A stretch of 64,000 nucleotides of DNA, taken from positions 24,118,001 through 24,182,000 of the forward strand of contig OZ024752.1 of the NCBI GenBank assembly GCA_964016885.1. Reading direction: 5' to 3'. The position numbers and the translations under genes are program-made. This DNA comes from Eledone cirrhosa. Taxonomy: Eukaryota. This document shows, one piece after another, positions 29,011-43,189 of the stretch. The notes under the pieces are model-generated. The model was given only the letters and a program-made list of their open reading frames with translations. It did not search any database and was not told where the DNA came from. How positions within the stretch are numbered: position 1 is the stretch's first letter; every line of letters starts with the position of its first letter.

Positions 29011-29454
29011 ATATATATATATATTGTATATATATATATATATATATATATTGTATATATATCTATATATAATATATTGTATATATATATATATATATAT
29101 CAATGTTTAATGCGCTTCCACTGATGATTTATAAGTGCCCACCTAAATATATTCTTACATAATTATATATTAGGCTTCTACATAAACTGGAAACATTCTC
29201 TCAAACTTGTAGAAAACTTATAATGAAACAATTGTTTGGAAAGAGAGATATACTTTAACTTTAATTATATCTCATAAAATAATACAACTGGTTTTTCCAC
29301 ATTATACATATTGTTAGCACCCCAAACACTTAAATTGGGTTTATACTTCAATATAACCTAATGTTTGTTGAGTGAGATGGTTACCAGTCAGAGTTTAGCT
29401 TTAAACTATCTCTGTTATTGTATTAAATTCTATATTATATATATATATATATTG

Positions 29455-29491
<37 letters not shown>

Positions 29492-29526
29492 GTATATATA
29501 TATATATTGTATATATATATATATAT

Positions 29527-29580
<54 letters not shown>

Positions 29581-29738
29581 GTATATATATATATTGTACA
29601 ATATGTTGAAAAGGTAACACACCAGAGATTTACAGGGAATAGCGAGGGCCTATGCCTCCGTTAATTTATTGTGATATATATATATTGTATATATATATAT
29701 GTTGTATATATATATAAATATATACATATATATATTGT

Positions 29739-29827
<89 letters not shown>

Positions 29828-29922
29828 CTGTATATATATATATAAATTGGTAATATTGGTAGTATTGGTAAAAGAAATTGCTGACAAATTGTTCCAAGTG
29901 AAAAATAGTTTAATTAGGAATA

Positions 29923-30425
29923 TCCTTTCTGAATTTGTTTAGCAAGATTCTTTATCTGAAAATGTGTGTTGAAACAGATATTGTTATGCTTTGGGAGGGT
30001 CATGTTGCCAATAAGAAACACACGCACCAGTTGCTTTCACTCCAATTTATTATAAATTAAATTTATAAATTTAAGAATCTATAAATTTCCGATTGGTTGG
30101 TTTGTTGGTTGGTTCCATAACCGGACGGTTGTTCAAATATCGTCAAAGTTTTTTCGCCACACATTCTGTGACCTCTTCAATGACTGTGGATTATTTTCTT
30201 TGTTTTGTGCCTCTCCTTTGTTCTGTCCTACGCCATCTTGTTTTTGTGTGTGTTGTGTGCTTAGTTTGCGCATGTGTTACATCCGGGTGTCTGTGTGTGT
30301 TTTTATTTGTTTATTTATTTGTTTATTTCCATGTAACTGGTTTGTTGTTTGTTCTATGTGTGTGTGTGCTTTCATTTTGTCCTTAATTGTAAGTTGTGAT
30401 GTTGATATTCAATTCATTTTTTCTA

Positions 30426-30430
<5 letters not shown>
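29923..30430 (-). mobile_element. PLE 3' terminus fragment (related to lineage A tail)
   Basis: 29930-29995 is similar to the rc of 3100-3157; also related to 55278-55525. Confidence 0.6.
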
Positions 30431-30464
<34 letters not shown>

Positions 30465-30943
30465 CGCTTAAGAGTATATCCTCGGGAATGGAAAATAGTA
30501 TACTCTTAACTGGTCTATACTCTTATCCGGCCTAAGTAAAAATATTTCATAGTATTATTATTTGAGTCTTTCAATAATTAAAAATCGCTTTATTATCGTT
30601 AAAATGCCTTTATAAGTAAAAAAAATGAAAGTTACACCAAAAAATTCAACAAAAATTATTGCAAATTATAGATAAATTAAGCAATATGTCAACATATTGG
30701 TATACAATTTTTATTTCCTAAAAATAGTCCAAAATGCTTTATTGCACTCGATTGCTCGCAATTTTTATTTCAATCAATTGCTCCATCTCAGTCAGAGTAT
30801 AATTTTCAAACTTTTCAAACGATTGCATCATATCGTACAGTCAACAAAGGATTTATTCTTTCTTTTCCAGAGATCTAAAAAATTGATAAATGATTAAAGT
30901 TATGTTAGGTACCTATGGACATTCATATTATAAATATAAAAAT

Positions 30944-31625
30944 AATTGTTTCTACTTTTGGCACAAGGCCAGCAATTACCCAGTACATTACTGGTACTTT
31001 ATTTTATCGACCCCGTAAGGATGAAAGGCAAAGTTAACCTCGGCGGGATTTGAATAATAATAATACTAATAATAATAATTGTTTCTACTTTAGGCACAAG
31101 GCCAGCAATTACCCAGTGCATTACTGGTACTTTATTTTATCGACTCCGTAAGGATGAAAGGCAAAGTTAACCTCGGCGGGATTTGAACTCAGACCGTAAA
31201 GGGACGTAGCTCTATGCTGGAAAGCATGTCCCACCTTCTACCGATACTGCCAATTTACGAAAGAGAAACAAACCGTTAAAACATATTTATAAGAAGCTCC
31301 TACACATTGTTGCGTCCAAAACGGGCTCCTCAGGGGCGAATATGAGAAAAAAAAAGGGATTAATACAGAACCCAGGAAGGGTTTGAATATGATTTTAACA
31401 TCAAAGTTCATAATTCGGTTAGCAAAGTTTAGCTGTTTAGACTTATGAGCAAATGGGAGTAACTCCGTCTGGTGCTGAATAGAATATAAAAATAATGATT
31501 TCTACTTGTGGCACAAGGCCAGCAAATACCCAGTACATTACTGGTACTTTATTTTATCGACCCCGAAAGGATGAAAGGCAAAGTAAACCTCGACGGGATT
31601 TGAACTCAGTCCGTAAAGGGAGGTA
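30944..31625 (-). mobile_element. Three SINE copies (~30944-31053, 31076-31258, 31495-31625)
   Basis: rc of the 28821-29010 family. Confidence 0.85.
31296..31337 (-). ncRNA. Hammerhead, GCAA variant (second family)
   Basis: rc: GCCC-CTGAGGA-GCCC GTTTT GGAC-GCAA-CAATGTG-TA-GGAGC. Confidence 0.55.
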
Positions 31626-32519
31626 AATAATACATACTAACCTTTCTAGTTAATTCGTTTTCAATATAATCTACTTCTTCCTCCTCTTCTATTATCATGA
31701 ACTTCCAAACATATTTCAGCATCAGTTAAATCACCATAGCACGGCTCGCTGTCATCACAATCGATGACTTCGGGTTCCAATTGAGGAATATTGGCATCAT
31801 CACTTTCAATTAATACATCGTTCAGCTCGACTTCAATTTCATTGTGAAAACCCCATGACACAATGAATTATTATTTTGTATTTGCATATATTAAACTTTA
31901 AATAGCTTTTAGAACGGTTGTATAAATGACAACATCGCATTTCGTTTTGAATTGTTTTAAAATGGTTATGTTACATTATAAGCCAATTTACTTTACCGTG
32001 TTTACTATACTCTTATTCGGACTAAATTATATAGAGAATGTATTAATGTGTATTATTAAAATAAAAATATTAATGATATTAAGGATATAATGTGAAAGAA
32101 GGAGAAGAATAAATGAATTATGAACTTAGAGGAATTAGTTAGGGTTTAAGTTTGTTTTGATGTAATGTAATATGTAAAAGTAAATCGTGGGTTTAAAACA
32201 AGCATGGAAGGATAGAAGAAAAAAGGAGTATTTAAGGAAGAAAAAATATCTAACGTTAAAAAGTATATATGTTTACAAAAATGTTCTAATGGTAATATTA
32301 TTATATATTAAAAAATATATAGTTTCTATGGCCAATAATATGAGAAAAAATGGAAAATGGAAAATGCTGTAGTGAGTAATCATATGAATTGAGAAGTAAT
32401 TGGGAAGTAGAAGTTACAGATTAAAAGATTAGAAATTAAAAAAGAAAAAAGGAAGAAAGGAAAAAGGATAAAAAGAAGAAAGATAGGGGATCACAACGAC
32501 AATGACCTGAATAATGAAA

Positions 32520-34170
32520 ACAAACAAAAATGTATTCAATTTGACATTGCCAGTTACTATTCTTCTATTTCGCCTTCATTCCTCAACAACACTCTATCTT
32601 TCGCATTTAAATATTCTGAAATTACCACAGATGAACTTTACATCATTCTCACCGCAAGAAAAAACTATCTTGGAATTCAACAATGAATATTGGACTAGAG
32701 CTGATACTTCCAACAATTTTGATATCACATTGGGGTGCTTCTGATTCATCGCAATTGACGGATTTGATTGGTATCTTTATTCTGAATTCTTTAAATCGGA
32801 AAATTCCTCAACTTCGCGGTGGAATTTATCGTGACGATGCCCTTTTTACTGTCTTAAACTGTAACTTAGTTAACGTTAATATTATTAAGAACAATATACT
32901 TGATCTATTTAAGCACCATAACCTTAAAATTGAATTTGATAACAACGTCAAACTAGCTAACTTCTTGGATATATCCCTTAATCTTGACACTGGCCTATAT
33001 TACCCTTACCATAAAAACAATGAGAATCTAAATTATGTTAATTTTAAATCTAACCACCCCACTAACGTTAAAAATGCTATAGTCAGTAATATTGAAAAAA
33101 GAATCTCAAATCTATCCTCTAATAAAGTTATCTTCGATGCTAATGCCAATTACTATAATAATGCGCTTTCCAAAGCCGGCTATCCTGATAAAATTAAATA
33201 CAGTAAAGAAACCAATCATCGAAGGACTTATAATAAAATAGTTAATTATGAACATTCCAATAACTTAAATAAAAGACCTAGATACAAAAATATAATTTGG
33301 TATAATGCTCCTTTTTCTCTATCTATCACTAATAATATTCCTAAACTATTCTTTAGGGCCTTAGATAAATGCTTCCCTCCCTCGCATATCTATAGTAAAA
33401 TCTTTAACAAACATACAATCAAATTCTCTAATTCCACCACTTCCAACATATCTAACATTATCTCTAAACACAATAATAAAATATTAAGTAATAAATTACA
33501 TACATCCAACATTGAGCGTCATAATAATAGCAGTAGTATATCCGACGTCAATGTTAATTCTAGGCTAGATTCAGTAAATTTAAATACGACGTCAAACGTA
33601 ACTTCGTTGAATGTTCATAATACCAATCTAAATCAGGAAACTATAGTTCCTATCGTAAATAACTTCTCCAATCCAATTCCTTCTATAAATAATACTAGGT
33701 CACTTGTTAATAACTCTGTTAATTTCTCTAATCGTAATTGTAATTGCCCTGTTAGAACTAAATGTCCTCTTAATAACCAATGTCTTGATAAAAACTTAGT
33801 GTATGAATGTAAGGTTATAACTGGTACTAATTCTTTTACCTATTTCCGTTCCACTTCCACTTCCTTTAAAGCAAGATTTTATAATCACAAATCGTCTTTT
33901 AAATACCAACTTAAAAGAACTAACACGGCACTCTCGGATCTCGGAACTCATATGGTCCTTAAAAGACAAAAATATTAACTATAACATCTCTTGGAGCAAG
34001 GTTTGCAACGCCTTTCCTTACCTGAATTCCTCCCTATCCAGAACATGTAATCTCTGCCTAGCTGAGAAATTTACCATTATATCTAATTTTAATTCTATAA
34101 TAAATAGACGTACGGATTTATTTTCGCTCTGCTTGCATAAATCCCATAGAAAATTCCATAAAGTATACAG
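32520..34170 (+). pseudogene. PLE RT + GIY-YIG (frameshifted)
   Basis: ORF 32683-33978 plus flanking frames. Confidence 0.85.
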
Positions 34171-35164
34171 CTAATATCTCAATACCTAATTAGTTTAAAA
34201 TCTTCTTTTCTCAAAGGCTTTTATATCTTTTAAAAATATACCCATCTTTCTACCTTATTTCAGTATATTATATTATACAATTTACTCACTCTAATTCGTT
34301 GTGATCCCCTATTTTTCTTCTTTTTATCCTTTTTCCTTTCTTCCTTTTTTAATTTCTAACCTTTTAATCTGTAACTTTTACTTCCCAATTACTTCTCAAT
34401 TCATATTATTACTCACTACAGCATTTTCCATTTTCCATTTTTCCTCCATAGAAACTATATATTTTTTAATATATAATAATATTACCATTAGAACATTTTT
34501 GTAAACATATACTTTTTGACGTTAGATATTTTTTCTTCCTTAAATTCTCTTTTTTCTCTCCTTCCGTGCTTGTTTTAAACCCACTATTTACTTTTACATA
34601 TTACAATACATCAAAACAAACTTAAACCCTAACTAATTCCTCTAAGTTCATAATTTATTTATTCTTCTCCTTCTTTCACATTATATCCTTAATATCATTA
34701 ATATTTTTATTTTAATAATACACATTAATAAATTCTCTTTTTTTCGCACATATTGTTAAACCCTTCAATACATAAACCTAAATTAATACTATTCCTAATT
34801 CCTTTTTCTTCAATCATAAAGATCAACATCCATAAACCTCATTAACTTTTAATTTCAAAATCTTTTTAAAGTATCTATTATTTTCCAACGGTTTTTAATT
34901 TCTCTCTGTGAGACAATGTTTTCTCAGTTGTAAAGCCTATGTCTCTCTCTCTCTATCACTCATTTCTCCTCCTCCAACATCCTTCCTTCTTATACTCCTC
35001 CCCCACCATCCTTTATTTTCTTTCTTCCTCTTCATTACCTTTTCCTACCCCCCCCCCCCCTCATTTTTCCCAATCTCATGTATCCATCTTACTTTATTTT
35101 TTCATATGTTGATTTAAAACTTCACTGCTCACAAGTGTTTTTTAAGCTTCATATCACGTCTCCC

Positions 35165-35235
35165 TATTTTATCTGATGAGAACGCAGATATCATCCAATG
35201 ATGATATTTGTTTTTGAAATGCGCATAATAAAATA
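35165..35235 (+). ncRNA. Minimal hammerhead
   Basis: TATTTTAT-CTGATGA-..GCAGATATCAT/ATGATATTTGT..-GAAA-TGCGCA-TA-ATAAAATA. Confidence 0.85.
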
Positions 35236-35391
35236 CTTGGAACTCTTTTAACCATCTTTTGATCTTATATTATTTATACTCCAGTCCTATAAACTGTAGA
35301 GTGCTACTTATCCGATATTTGCATTGCTTTATTCTGCTACAATAAAACTCACCTCCTACATATATATAAATATATATATATATACACACAC

Positions 35392-35728
35392 AGGAATTTC
35401 GCACAGGTCTAACGGGAGGAAGAAGGGGTCTAGATCTTAGAGCTGTGCGAAAATCCTTCCTTGCTCACATTTCAACCAGGTTTGACGGTCTTTATTCTCT
35501 CTCGTTCACGATTTCACCGAATTTAAATTCATAGAAATTTGGGACTTGACTCCTTCTTCCCCACTTTTCGTTGCTTCACCATTTTTGTTTGTTTACACTC
35601 GTGTCCCCTTTATTTACGTGTCCCAACGACTTTTTTAGCCGTTGCTCGTACCAACCGGAGGTATATGGTCTTTAAAGCGATGAAATACCAATGATGGTTG
35701 GAAGATCACTGATGAAGGACTAACTTTA

Positions 35729-35730
<2 letters not shown>
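35392..35730. repeat. Unclassified dispersed repeat
   Basis: Homologous (rc) to ~37805-38110. Confidence 0.7.
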
Positions 35731-35800
<70 letters not shown>

Positions 35801-35964
35801 ATATATATATATTTATTAATTAGTCTTCAAATTTATTATTATTACTATTACTATATATATATTACGTATGCATATATATATATATATTACGTATATATAT
35901 ATATATATTACTATATTATTCAAAATATTAATAAATAAAGATATTCACATAAACAAAATATATG

Positions 35965-36192
35965 TTTTATTATATATATTTCGAAGGTACTCTGTTGTTT
36001 TTTCAGTACGTCCTCGTCAGATAAAATATATGATTTGATATATGACCTACCTCTTGATAGTTCAATTCCTGTATTGGTAGTCAATTGAACTATCAAGAGA
36101 GTTGCGATATGTCATACATCAAATCATATATTTTATCTGACGAGGACGTACTGAAAAAACAACACTACCTTCGAAATATATATATAATAAAG
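35965..36192. ncRNA. Inverted pair of hammerheads (- 35965-36028; + 36129-36192)
   Basis: TTTTAT-CTGACGA-GGACGTAC..TACCTTC-GAAA-TATATA(TA)-TA-ATAAA on both strands. Confidence 0.8.
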
Positions 36193-36552
36193 CCTATATT
36201 TTGAATAATATTAAAACTCCAGGAAAACTCACTGTTGAGTGCTTTTAATCTATTGTAAAACTGTATTCATTGAGTAATCAATGAACCATATTAATCTTTG
36301 GTTATATTACTATATATATATATTACCTATGCATATATATATATATTATTGAAAACATTAATAAACGAAGAATATAGTTACGTATATATAATTGTGTGTC
36401 TGTATATACATACGTAACTATATATATATATTATATACATACGTGACTATATATATATATATATATATTATATAGATACGTAACTATATATATTATATAC
36501 ATACGTAACTATATATATATATTATATACATACGTAACTATATATATATAAT

Positions 36553-37610
36553 AATCGAAAAAATTTACGAAAGAGAAACAAACCGTTAAAACATATTTAT
36601 AAGAAGCTCCTACACGTGTTGCGCCCAAAACGGGCTCCTCATGGGCGAATATGAGAAAAAAAGGGTTTAATACGGAACCCAGGAAGGGTTTGAATATGAT
36701 TTTAACATCAAATTTCATAATTCGGTTAGCAAAGTTTAGCTGTTTAGATTTGTGAGCAAAGGGGAGTAACTCCGTCTAGTGCTGAATAGAATTCTCTGCT
36801 GAGATTGATATCCCCTATTACTAAACATTTATTTATTCACCTACTTCTAGTTCATAAGTGCCAACTTGATTATGCTTAGTCAGGCAAATCCAAGAGGCAT
36901 AGTTGATGTGTGAGCGTGAGTGTACAATACGATTAACGTCAATAAGGATTGTACAGAGGTTTAAGTTAGTATAAAGCAGTAAATTCAACTTAGGCTCAAG
37001 CACTGAGAAACGTAAAGGCAAATATACATGGCCCTGTATAATTGTATGATCAAATGCCCACAGTGCCTAAATGGTATAATCTTCAATCCAGCAAGGGTAC
37101 TCAAAATTTATTCTATTAGTGTTGAAGGATGGGACTAGGTAATCCGGTCTGGGCATATGCAGTGCAACTCACTGAGGAACAAGGGGGGACAGATGAAAGT
37201 ATTGTTCACAGATGTTTAATTTAGCCCCCCGTTTTACGACGTGCCAAAGCGTGGTGTAAGAGGCCCTGGTGTTATGGTGTTTGAGTATCAACCGGGGTTC
37301 AACCATAGAATGATTGTTGTATTCTGTGGCCGCAATTTATCACAGATTCAGCCCTACTGTTGATGATATAAATAAGTGCTTGCACTATATAGTACAGCTC
37401 TGTGAAACAAAGCTAGCACTTCCTCTTGACGTTGTAAGGCGTTGCCTGGCTGACAATCTCCCAATAAGTGGAGAAGCTGATGTTGGAGTTATTTAATTTG
37501 GTGATATAATTAGCGAGTGAGGATCCTGTTTTGGGCGCAACACGTGTAGGAGCTTCTTATAAATATGTTTTAATGGTTTGTTTCTCTTTCGTAAATTTGT
37601 TCGATTGTAA
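36553..37610. mobile_element. pLTR-like element with inverted ends carrying GCAA-type HHR motifs (36606-36646 -, 37517-37553 +)
   Basis: ~36553-36642 is the rc of ~37517-37606; homolog at 31255-31482; first core base altered (ATGAGGA, GTGAGGA). Confidence 0.55.
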
Positions 37611-37762
37611 TTGCTCTGCTTAAATTCGCACATTAAATATTAACGCTTCTGATATTTAACCCGGTGTGCACAAGTATTGAGCACGAATGCACCTGCTTAT
37701 GGCAATTAATTATCTGTATCGTCTCTTTCTATAACTCTTCTACTCTCTCACGATACTGCAAC

Positions 37763-37803
<41 letters not shown>

Positions 37804-38240
37804 AAAGTTTTTCCTTCATCAGTGATCTTCCAACCATCATAGGCATTTCATCGCTTTAAAGACCATATACCTCCGGTTGGTGCGAGCAACGGCTAAAATA
37901 AGTCGTTGGGACACGTAAATAAAGGGGACGCAGGTGTAAACAAACAAAATGGTGAAGCAAGAGAAAGTGAAGAAGGAGACAAGTCCCAGATTTCTATCAA
38001 TTTAAATTCGGTGAAATCGTGAACGAGAGAATAAAGACCATCAAACCTGGTTGAAATGTGAGCAAGGAACGTATTTCGCACAGGTCTAACGGGGGGAAGA
38101 AGGGGTCTGGTGAACCAACCGGAGGTATATGGTCTTTAAAGCGATGAAATGCCTATGATGGTTGGAAGATCACTGATGAAGGACAAACTTTTTTCATATG
38201 TAACCCATTTGCAACTCCGCAGCGCCCTGATTATCATATT

Positions 38241-38277
<37 letters not shown>

Positions 38278-38289
38278 TTAATATAGATG

Positions 38290-38340
38290 AGATTCTACAG
38301 GACTAGAACTGTTTCATTCTTTAGAAATCATCAGGAATCT
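38290..38340 (-). ncRNA. Hammerhead with full stem III
   Basis: rc: AGATTC-CTGATGA-TTTC TAAA GAAT-GAAA-CAG TTCTAGTC CTG-TA-GAATCT. Confidence 0.8.
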
Positions 38341-38640
38341 GGGTATCAAAAAATAAGTATGGTATTTATAGGTCTCTACAAGTGGTAGGAGAGGGTGGGG
38401 AGTGGAATGGGTGTAGGTCATTGGTTGATAGAAAAGGGAATTCATTAAAAGCTAATTCTACAAAGCTATAGTTTATTTTTATTTTTAGAGTAACAAAGGC
38501 AGAAAGAATTCTATAAACAGGTTCAGGATGGGGTGCCACTCCTTATTATTAAGTTTCTCTTAAGCTAACAGGTGTCTATAAGATCAGTGGGGGTCAGTCA
38601 TGGTAGATAGATTTAAAAGAAAGGGAGATTCTTTAAAAGC

Positions 38641-40497
38641 ATTCCAGGCCTACTTAAATGCCGAATTGCGGAATATAAAAAAATCCCCTAATCTTTATGT
38701 CTCCTCCGATAAAACCAAAAACGTTTATGAGGTAGATCCACAGACCTACAATAAGCTGGCAAAAAATGCCATCACGACCACCTACAAAAAGGTAATAGAG
38801 ATTGCACTGACTGAGACAAACGCGGCCGGAAAAGAAATCGCCAAGTCCCTTAAATTACACGACCGAACCGAACATTTAAGGGTAAAGACCCCGCACTTTA
38901 CCCTGAAGGACCACAAGGGAAACTTCCTCAACAAACCATCAGTCAGACTTATCAACCCCACTCGTTCAGACATCGGCTCTATCAGTAAGAAGATCCTGGA
39001 TAGAGTTCTACCATCATTGCGGGCTGCCTCACCACTCCCACTCTGGAGCAGAACATCTGAGGCAATATCATGGTTCCAAGAATTACCCGACAAACACCAC
39101 ACTCGCTTCCTGCAACTCGACATAGAAAACTACTATGCCTCTATCTCGGAGCCCCTCCTGAAGGACGCAATTAACTTTGCCAGGAATTTTACCACCATTA
39201 CCGATGCTGAGCAAGTTGTTATCCTCCACGCCCGTAAGACCTTTCTATACCACTATTACTGGATCAACAAGAAATCTCAGACCCCATTTGACGTTAGCAT
39301 GGGAGCGAGTGACTCGGCTGAAATTAGCCACCTTGTGGGCTTGTACATCCTACATCACCTAAAGAACCTCTTTACCGGCCTAACCGGAGATTTATACCGA
39401 GACGACGGCCTCTTCGCCCTGCATAAGGTTAACCCCAGAACCACCGATGGGTTTCGGAAAAACTTAAGCTCATTCTTCTCTAATCTAGGATTTAGTAACT
39501 ATAGAATCTAATTTGACTAGGCCCAACTTCTTAGATGTCACTCTCGATCTAGATACTTCCCTCTATTACCCGTACCACAAACCTAACGAGTCCCTTAGAT
39601 ATATTAATGTTAATTCAAACCACCCCCAAAACATCACTGATAACCTAGTAAAAAGCGTCTCTATTAGAATATCTGACCTCTCCGCCAACAAAGATATTTT
39701 TAACGCATCCGCCTCCTACTACAATGACGCCCTCGCCCGCAGCGGATTTAAAGAAAAGATAACATACCTAGAAACCACCGCAAGATTTCAGAGGAGGAAT
39801 AGACAGGCAGATTAGCTGGTACAACCCTCCCTTCAATAGAGAGGTCTCTACACCGATAGCTAGGATTTTCTTTACTTTGCTGAAATTACACTTCCCCATA
39901 CAACATAGGTACCACACCATCTTTAATAAGAACACAATAAGAGTCTCCTACTCCACCCCACCTAACCTAGCTAGGAATATAGCCAACCACAATTCTAAAA
40001 AATTAAATAAGCCAACCACCTCCGAACCCAATCCCCGGACTGGGGCTCTATGTAATTGCCTAAATAAGGAAGCATGCCCACTTGAAAACAAATGCCTCAC
40101 AAATGATATCGTATACAAATGCGATGTCATCTCAGGCACCGATGATTGCAAAAAAACTTACATCGGAATGACCTCCAACAACTTTAAGACCCGTTGGTAT
40201 GCCCATACCCACTCCTTCAGAAGACCGGACAAATCAAACCAGACAACACTCGCCTCCTATGTTTGGGACCTCAAAAGGAACTCCACCCCCTTCACGCTTA
40301 AATGGAAAATACTCCAGAAAGCGCGCTCTTACAATGGAGGACACAAGGGCTGCGACCTTTGTATCTCAGAGAGCTACGAAATTTTATTCGCCAAGGGCCC
40401 GCTACTGAACAAACTCTCTGAACACTGCCCGAACTGCATGCACAAGAACTTTGCAACTTTCAAATACTTTAAGCCAGTGTTAAAGCCCGATGGCTAA
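38641..40497 (+). pseudogene. PLE RT-GIY-YIG polyprotein, two frameshifts
   Basis: ORFs 38600-39511, 39513-39815, 39877-40497. Confidence 0.9.
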
Positions 40498-41004
40498 AAA
40501 CGACCTCCTCCTATTGGCCCCTATACCTCCTTCCCACCCTACCCCCACCCCTCCTCAACCTGAAATACGGCCACTATGGTTATGTGAGTACCTCTTACCT
40601 ATCTGCATTTTCTGCCTGTAGAGCTGTTTTTATGTGCCTCTGTATATGCGTATATTTATTGAGTACTTATTTATTTGTATGTGTATATATTTGTGTGTAT
40701 GTGTGTATATGTATGTGTATGTATATGTATGTGTATGTATGTGTATGTGTACATATATATATATATGTGTATATATATATATATAGTATTAATTATAGTA
40801 TTAATTATACTATTTATGGTTATGTAAATACAAAAACCTTTTGCAGTTATATATATTTTTTATACAAACCCTAAATAGTGGTAGGCAGTAATATATTACT
40901 ACGTTATTACCAGTAAGTTAAGTAGCTCAATGTAAAAACATCAGATGATTTACAGAGCAGTTATATGAAATATAAGAATCAAAGAACTGTTCAAAACATT
41001 TTTG

Positions 41005-41051
41005 TGCTTACAACTGTTTCCTCCAAACCGAGGTTTGGATTCTTCGGAGCA
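41005..41051 (-). ncRNA. Hammerhead, C4 variant
   Basis: rc: TGCT-CCGAAGA-ATCCAAACC TC GGTTTGGAG-GAAA-CAGTTG-TA-AGCA. Confidence 0.65.
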
Positions 41052-41777
41052 ATTTATTAATGAATGAACAGTTATATGACCTCCTTTTCACCCAAGAGAC
41101 ATACAGATACATATGCAAATATTGTGGGTCAACATTCATTACAGCATTTAGAGTGGCAGTACACACTTAGAGATTACATTCATATTAAAAGGTACAATCA
41201 AAAATACAGGTTAAAATACAACATGAAAATAAGCGGTTATATAGTGCAAATGTTATGTGTGGCAAGCACGTGCATCTTGTTTATATAGTGTGGCAGAGAG
41301 TTACGTGTAGTAGAAGCACTTAGGTAGGTAAACAAGAGTGTTAGGTTGGTTGATCTGGTGGCAAATTCTTTATATGTTTGTTATAGTCTGTGTGTGGAGA
41401 AATGATATAAGCATTAAAAATAGTGCAAGCATTAAAAATATTAAAAGTATTGGAAATGCACAGCGAAGGGATGTTATGGACTTCATGTACTTCGACATTT
41501 TCATAGTCAGGGGAGTGTATTTTTCAGATTATATGCCCCTCACATAATCTACGACAATTCGATATTGAGCGTTTGACAATCCAGTTAGAGAATCGTAGTC
41601 TGATGTTCTTTAGTTCAATACAGGAGGCTGTTACGTTTCGAGAATCGACAATATTTGCATATGTATCTGTATGTCTCTTGGGTGAAAAGGAGGTCATATA
41701 ACTGTTCATTCATTAATAAATTGTTTGGAGGAAACAGTTGTAAGCACAAAAATGTTTTGAACAGTTCTTTGATTCTT

Positions 41778-41822
<45 letters not shown>

Positions 41823-41849
41823 ATGTGTATATATATGTGTATATATGTG

Positions 41850-41930
<81 letters not shown>

Positions 41931-41977
41931 ATGTGTGTATGTGTGTGTATGTGTGTGTGTGTGTGTGTGTATTTGTG

Positions 41978-42071
<94 letters not shown>

Positions 42072-42424
42072 TGTGTGTGTGTAGGTATTTGTGTGTGTGG
42101 GGGTATTTGTGTGTATGTGTTTGTGTGGTTCTCTCTCTCTGTGTATTTATTTATTTATTTATTATTTATATATGTGTGTGTATATATGTGTATATATGTG
42201 TGTGTGTATATATATATATATAGTATTAAGGATACTATTTATGGTTATGTATACAATAAAACCTTTTATGGTTATATATATTTTAAACCCTAAATAGTGA
42301 AAGACAGTAATTCATTACTATCTTATTACCAGTAAGATAAATAGCTCAATGTAATAACATCAGTTGTTTTACAGAGCAGTTATATAGAAATTACATTAAT
42401 CAAAGTTCAGTTTAAATCATTTAT

Positions 42425-42473
42425 TTGCTTACAATTGTTTCCTCCAAACCGGGGTTTGGTTTCTTCGGAGCAA
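42425..42473 (-). ncRNA. Hammerhead, C4 variant
   Basis: rc: TTGCT-CCGAAGA-..CCAAAC CCCG GTTTGG..-GAAA-CAATTG-TA-AGCAA. Confidence 0.65.
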
Positions 42474-42627
42474 CTATTTAGTGATTTATAACATACTTGA
42501 CCTCCTTTTCAACACAAGTGACATATAAAAACATATGTATATATTGACCCACAGTGGGTTGACATGCATCATAATGATATAGCATGGCAATTTACATATA
42601 AGGGTTATTTATGTCTATATATATGTC

Positions 42628-42672
<45 letters not shown>

Positions 42673-42715
42673 GTATATATGTGTATATGTGTGTGTGTAT
42701 ATATGTGTATATATG

Positions 42716-42784
<69 letters not shown>

Positions 42785-42799
42785 GTGTATGTGTATATA

Positions 42800-42875
<76 letters not shown>

Positions 42876-42905
42876 GATGTATATATATGTGTGTGTGTAT
42901 GTATG

Positions 42906-43002
<97 letters not shown>

Positions 43003-43133
43003 ATATGTGTGTATATATGTATGTGTATGTGTGTATATGTGTGTGTATATGTGTATATATATTTTTGTGTGTATATATCTGTGTATATGTGTATATATGT
43101 ATGTTTATGTATGTGTGTATGTGTGTATGTGTG

Positions 43134-43184
<51 letters not shown>

Positions 43185-43189
43185 GATAT

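Larger units (their letters stand above)
30460..32030 (-). mobile_element. Possible pogo/Tigger-like DNA transposon remnant, interrupted by SINEs and a pLTR fragment
   Basis: Repeated TATACTCTTA(T/A)(T/C)CGG motifs at both ends; acidic LTDAEI peptide at 31661-31861. Confidence 0.3.
32030..35360 (+). mobile_element. 5'-truncated PLE (lineage C) with inverted 5' segment
   Basis: QFDIASYY, GIYRDD, FLD, SNHP, GIY-YIG; ~32030-32493 is the rc of ~34290-34740; terminal HHR. Confidence 0.92.
38275..40560 (+). mobile_element. PLE (lineage C) with near-complete RT + GIY-YIG and inverted pLTR (38275-38640)
   Basis: SDKT, LKDHK..F..P.VRLINP, QLDIENYY, MGASDSAE, YRDD, FLD, IVYKC..YIGMT; 38275-38640 is the rc of ~45540-45910. 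Confidence 0.92.

Noticed and set aside
35660-38190. CTGATGAAGG at ~35709, ~37815 (rc) and ~38173 as hammerheads
   Set aside because: No convincing stem II-GAAA-stem III-UH in any topology
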